From: Bdellovibrionales bacterium
Lineage (GTDB): Bacteria > Bdellovibrionota > Bdellovibrionia > Bdellovibrionales > UBA1609
Assembly (NCBI GenBank): GCA_965219095.1
Contig: OZ244719.1
Location: 32,001 to 96,000, forward strand
Direction of reading: 5' to 3'
DNA: 64,000 nt
The translations under genes were made by a program, and so were the position numbers. Of the stretch, positions 61,240-64,000 are shown piece by piece (the first letter of the stretch is position 1; each line of letters starts with the position of its first letter). Below the pieces are notes generated by a model that searched no databases, had not been told where the DNA came from, and saw only the letters and a list, made by a program, of their open reading frames with translations.

Positions 61240-63396
61240 TTACAATTTAAAAAACCTTCTTCTATAGAACTGTTTGAGGTTTACTAAATCGAAAAATTCA
61301 AAGTTATCGAAAAAAACTTTTTTATCTTTTCTTGTTATACCTATTTTATAAGTTTCAAAGCCCTCTACCTGAAAATCACAAGATGAACTCTCCCATAAAA
61401 CATCATAGTAATTTTCATAAAACCATTCCTCTGGCTTTAAAGATAGCTTATCTCCTCTAACTTGAAATCCAATCTCATTTTGAAAGCTCATTAAAACAAG
61501 ATGATAAGCTAAACCTCCTCTGCCAACTAGACGAGAGGAAAGAACCTCTTTTCTACAAGCTGTTTTTTTTAAAATTTCTAAAACATCTTTTCTTAGCTCT
61601 ATAGTAGAACCTTTGAGTTGCATTCTCTTTGTTCTTACGTACTCCCATAACCCTGTACTAGACAGTCCTAAAAAAACACGAGTAAGAAAGATATAAGACT
61701 GAGAACTCACAAAAAAAGAACCCTTAACCGAATTAGAATTTATTTTTAATCCCACAAGCCCTGTAGCAGGAGTTGGTATGATGTTTTGACCTTCTGTTTC
61801 ATTATAAAAACTCACATTTCCACTCACAACAGGAATATCTAAAGCTTTCGATGTCTCTGATAAAGCCTCCACAGAAGCTATAAACTCTGTCATTACCTCC
61901 TTTTTTTCAGGATTACCAAAATTAAGACAATCTGTTGCTGCAAGAGGTTGGAACCCTTTTGTACAAAGACTAAGAGCAGGGAATAAAAAAGCATCTTTAG
62001 CCCCTTCATAGGCATCAGAAGACATAAGATAAGGCCTGCATCCTAGAGCGATACCTAAAAAGCGGTGCTTACCTAAATAAAAAGAACCTATGGTCTCAGA
62101 GCAAGCTTGAGCTGTGCGACCCCCTACTCTTTTGTCATATTGCTCATAAATCCATAAACGAGAACAACTCTCTTGCAGTACTAAAAGATTCAAAAGTTCC
62201 TTTTTAAAATCCAGACTCTCTTGGTTTGAAAAACAATCCACACGATTTCTAGCACGCCACTCATCATAGGGCCTATTTTCATGGGGAGAATTTTCCACAA
62301 TGACATGAGGGTTTAAGGAGGTGAGTTTTTTATTTTTCCAAAAAATATCTACAGTTTTCTTTTCCTTCACCTCTCCTATAACAACTGCATCCAAATTCCA
62401 TTTCTGGAAGACAGTTTCAATTTCTTTTAAAAATTCTTTCTTACAAATCAGAAGCATCCTTTCCTGACTTTCTGATAAAAGTATATCTTCCGGTTTTAAA
62501 GAACTGTCCCTTATAGGGACTTTATCTAAATACAAATTTAAACCCACATGACCTTTTGCTGACATTTCAAAACTAGAACTTGTCAATCCCGCAGCTCCCA
62601 TATCTTGAATAGCTACTACGAGTCCTTTTTGAATCACTTCATAACAGCTTTCTATAAGAAGTTTTCCTAAAAAAGGATCTCCTATTTGTACTGTTGTTTT
62701 TTGCTTTAAACCAGCCTCTTGATTTTCAAAAGAAGCACTTGCCATGCTGGCTCCATGAATACCGTCTCTACCTGTTTTTGCTCCCACATACACCACTAAA
62801 TTCCCTATACCTTGAGCTTGAGAACGACTGATGACATCGTTTTTTCTAAAAAGACCTACAGCCATAGCGTTAACTAAAATGTTCTGGTTATAACAAGAAT
62901 CAAATTCTGTTTGTCCTGTGAGCATAGGGACTCCTACGCAATTACCATAACCTCCAATACCCTCAACCACAGACTCTACTAAAGTTTTCATACGACAAGC
63001 TTTTAGATCACCAAAACAAAGGTAATTTGCAAGGGCTACAGGATAAGCTCCCATAGTGAAAATATCTCTTAAAATCCCTCCTACCCCTGTAGAAGCTCCT
63101 TCATAGGGACTGATAAAACTAGGATGGTTATGGCTTTCCATTTTAAAGGCAATCCTCTCTCCCAGCCCTATATCGATAACTCCAGCATTCTCTCCCATAG
63201 ACTCTATAATATGTGCTGAAGTGCTTTTAAACTTCTTCAAATACTGAGCAGAACTCTTGTAACTACAATGCTCACTCCACAAGGCTGAAAAAATAGCCCA
63301 TTCAATTCCACGAGGAGACCTTCCTAAAATCTTACAAATTTTATAATACTCTTTCTCGTTTAACCTATAAAGCTTGAGATTATGAATCAAATCCAC
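61240..63396 (-). CDS. purL: Phosphoribosylformylglycinamidine synthase subunit PurL
   Basis: WSEHCSYKS, ESHNHPS, QDMGAAG, SESQERM, SGNVSFYN. Confidence 0.97.
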   Translation of the reverse strand: MDLIHNLKLYRLNEKEYYKICKILGRSPRGIEWAIFSALWSEHCSYKSSAQYLKKFKSTSAHIIESMGENAGVIDIGLGERIAFKMESHNHPSFISPYEGASTGVGGILRDIFTMGAYPVALANYLCFGDLKACRMKTLVESVVEGIGGYGNCVGVPMLTGQTEFDSCYNQNILVNAMAVGLFRKNDVISRSQAQGIGNLVVYVGAKTGRDGIHGASMASASFENQEAGLKQKTTVQIGDPFLGKLLIESCYEVIQKGLVVAIQDMGAAGLTSSSFEMSAKGHVGLNLYLDKVPIRDSSLKPEDILLSESQERMLLICKKEFLKEIETVFQKWNLDAVVIGEVKEKKTVDIFWKNKKLTSLNPHVIVENSPHENRPYDEWRARNRVDCFSNQESLDFKKELLNLLVLQESCSRLWIYEQYDKRVGGRTAQACSETIGSFYLGKHRFLGIALGCRPYLMSSDAYEGAKDAFLFPALSLCTKGFQPLAATDCLNFGNPEKKEVMTEFIASVEALSETSKALDIPVVSGNVSFYNETEGQNIIPTPATGLVGLKINSNSVKGSFFVSSQSYIFLTRVFLGLSSTGLWEYVRTKRMQLKGSTIELRKDVLEILKKTACRKEVLSSRLVGRGGLAYHLVLMSFQNEIGFQVRGDKLSLKPEEWFYENYYDVLWESSSCDFQVEGFETYKIGITRKDKKVFFDNFEFFDLVNLKQFYRRRFFKL

Positions 63397-63488
63397 ATCA
63401 AAACTATAACAAAGGTCTTGGAAAAGACAAGCTGTTGCTACACAAAACCATTACAAAAAGCTAGACTTTTAAAGTAAGGAGAAAAATC

Positions 63489-64000
63489 ATGAACAATTCA
63501 CTAAAGATTCGACATAAAATTTTTCAAAAGAAAATGATGGGCTATGACCCTGAGGAAGTTAATCAATTTCTAAAACAAATCTCTCAGGATATGGAGCAGA
63601 TGGTACGAGAAAGAAATTCTCTAGCGAAAACTCTTAAAGAAAAAGAACATCTAGTTCAAGATTTTTCAAAAAAGGATGAAATTCTACAGAAGGCTATCAC
63701 AAACGCTACGGAAATGGCAGAAAGGATTAAACAAGAAGCTTACAAAAAGGCTCAAGAAACCATGGAAAGTGCAAGAAAAAAATCCAAAATGATCTTAGAA
63801 GAAAGCGAAAAAGAATTTCAAAGATACCAAAAAGAGTTTCTACACCTTAAAAAAGTCAAAATAAATTTTGAAAAAAACTTTAGACGCTTACTTTATAATT
63901 ATATGAAAACTCTTGATGAAAAACCACAAACCTTCACAACTCCTAGACAAGTCTCCTCTCCTGAAACAACCAGTATAACTAAAAAAACTGAAGTCTCTCA
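63489..64000 (+). CDS. divIVA: DivIVA-domain protein (runs off window)
   Basis: MNNSLKIRHKIFQKKMMGYDPEEVNQFL followed by a coiled coil; AAGGAG SD. Confidence 0.88.
   Translation, partial: MNNSLKIRHKIFQKKMMGYDPEEVNQFLKQISQDMEQMVRERNSLAKTLKEKEHLVQDFSKKDEILQKAITNATEMAERIKQEAYKKAQETMESARKKSKMILEESEKEFQRYQKEFLHLKKVKINFEKNFRRLLYNYMKTLDEKPQTFTTPRQVSSPETTSITKKTEVS

Overview
This is a low-GC bacterial chromosomal segment, most consistent with Bdellovibrionota (inferred from gene content, DivIVA, a GldAFG-like ABC system and the tmRNA tag GNEYTFAA). Intact housekeeping blocks are present: secA 5' end, rpsP-khpA-rimM-trmD-rplS-rnhB, ffh, nhaA, plsC/cdsA/sigma-54 activator, serA, ssrA, subtilase-lnt-mutS2, an ABC operon, sfsA, lipA-E2-E3-lipB, purL and the divIVA 5' end. 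They are separated by dense nested insertion-sequence debris from about 10 families (IS630 x3 types, IS66 x2 types, IS1634 x2, ISL3, IS5, IS3, IS256, IS982, IS110/IS1111, ISAzo13). The most notable observations are: (1) a head-to-head att-like architecture just downstream of tmRNA; (2) a 2.8-kb unit bounded by IS630 ends and a 3-bp duplication that carries a secreted 8-bladed repeat beta-propeller gene and splits a SNF2 helicase gene that rejoins in frame; (3) many 43-82 bp hairpin relics, several made of fused IS ends; (4) a leader shared by two unrelated secreted-protein genes; (5) apparent leaderless transcription of several genes. No CRISPR array, rRNA or tRNA gene was seen. All calls are by eye; no database searches were run.
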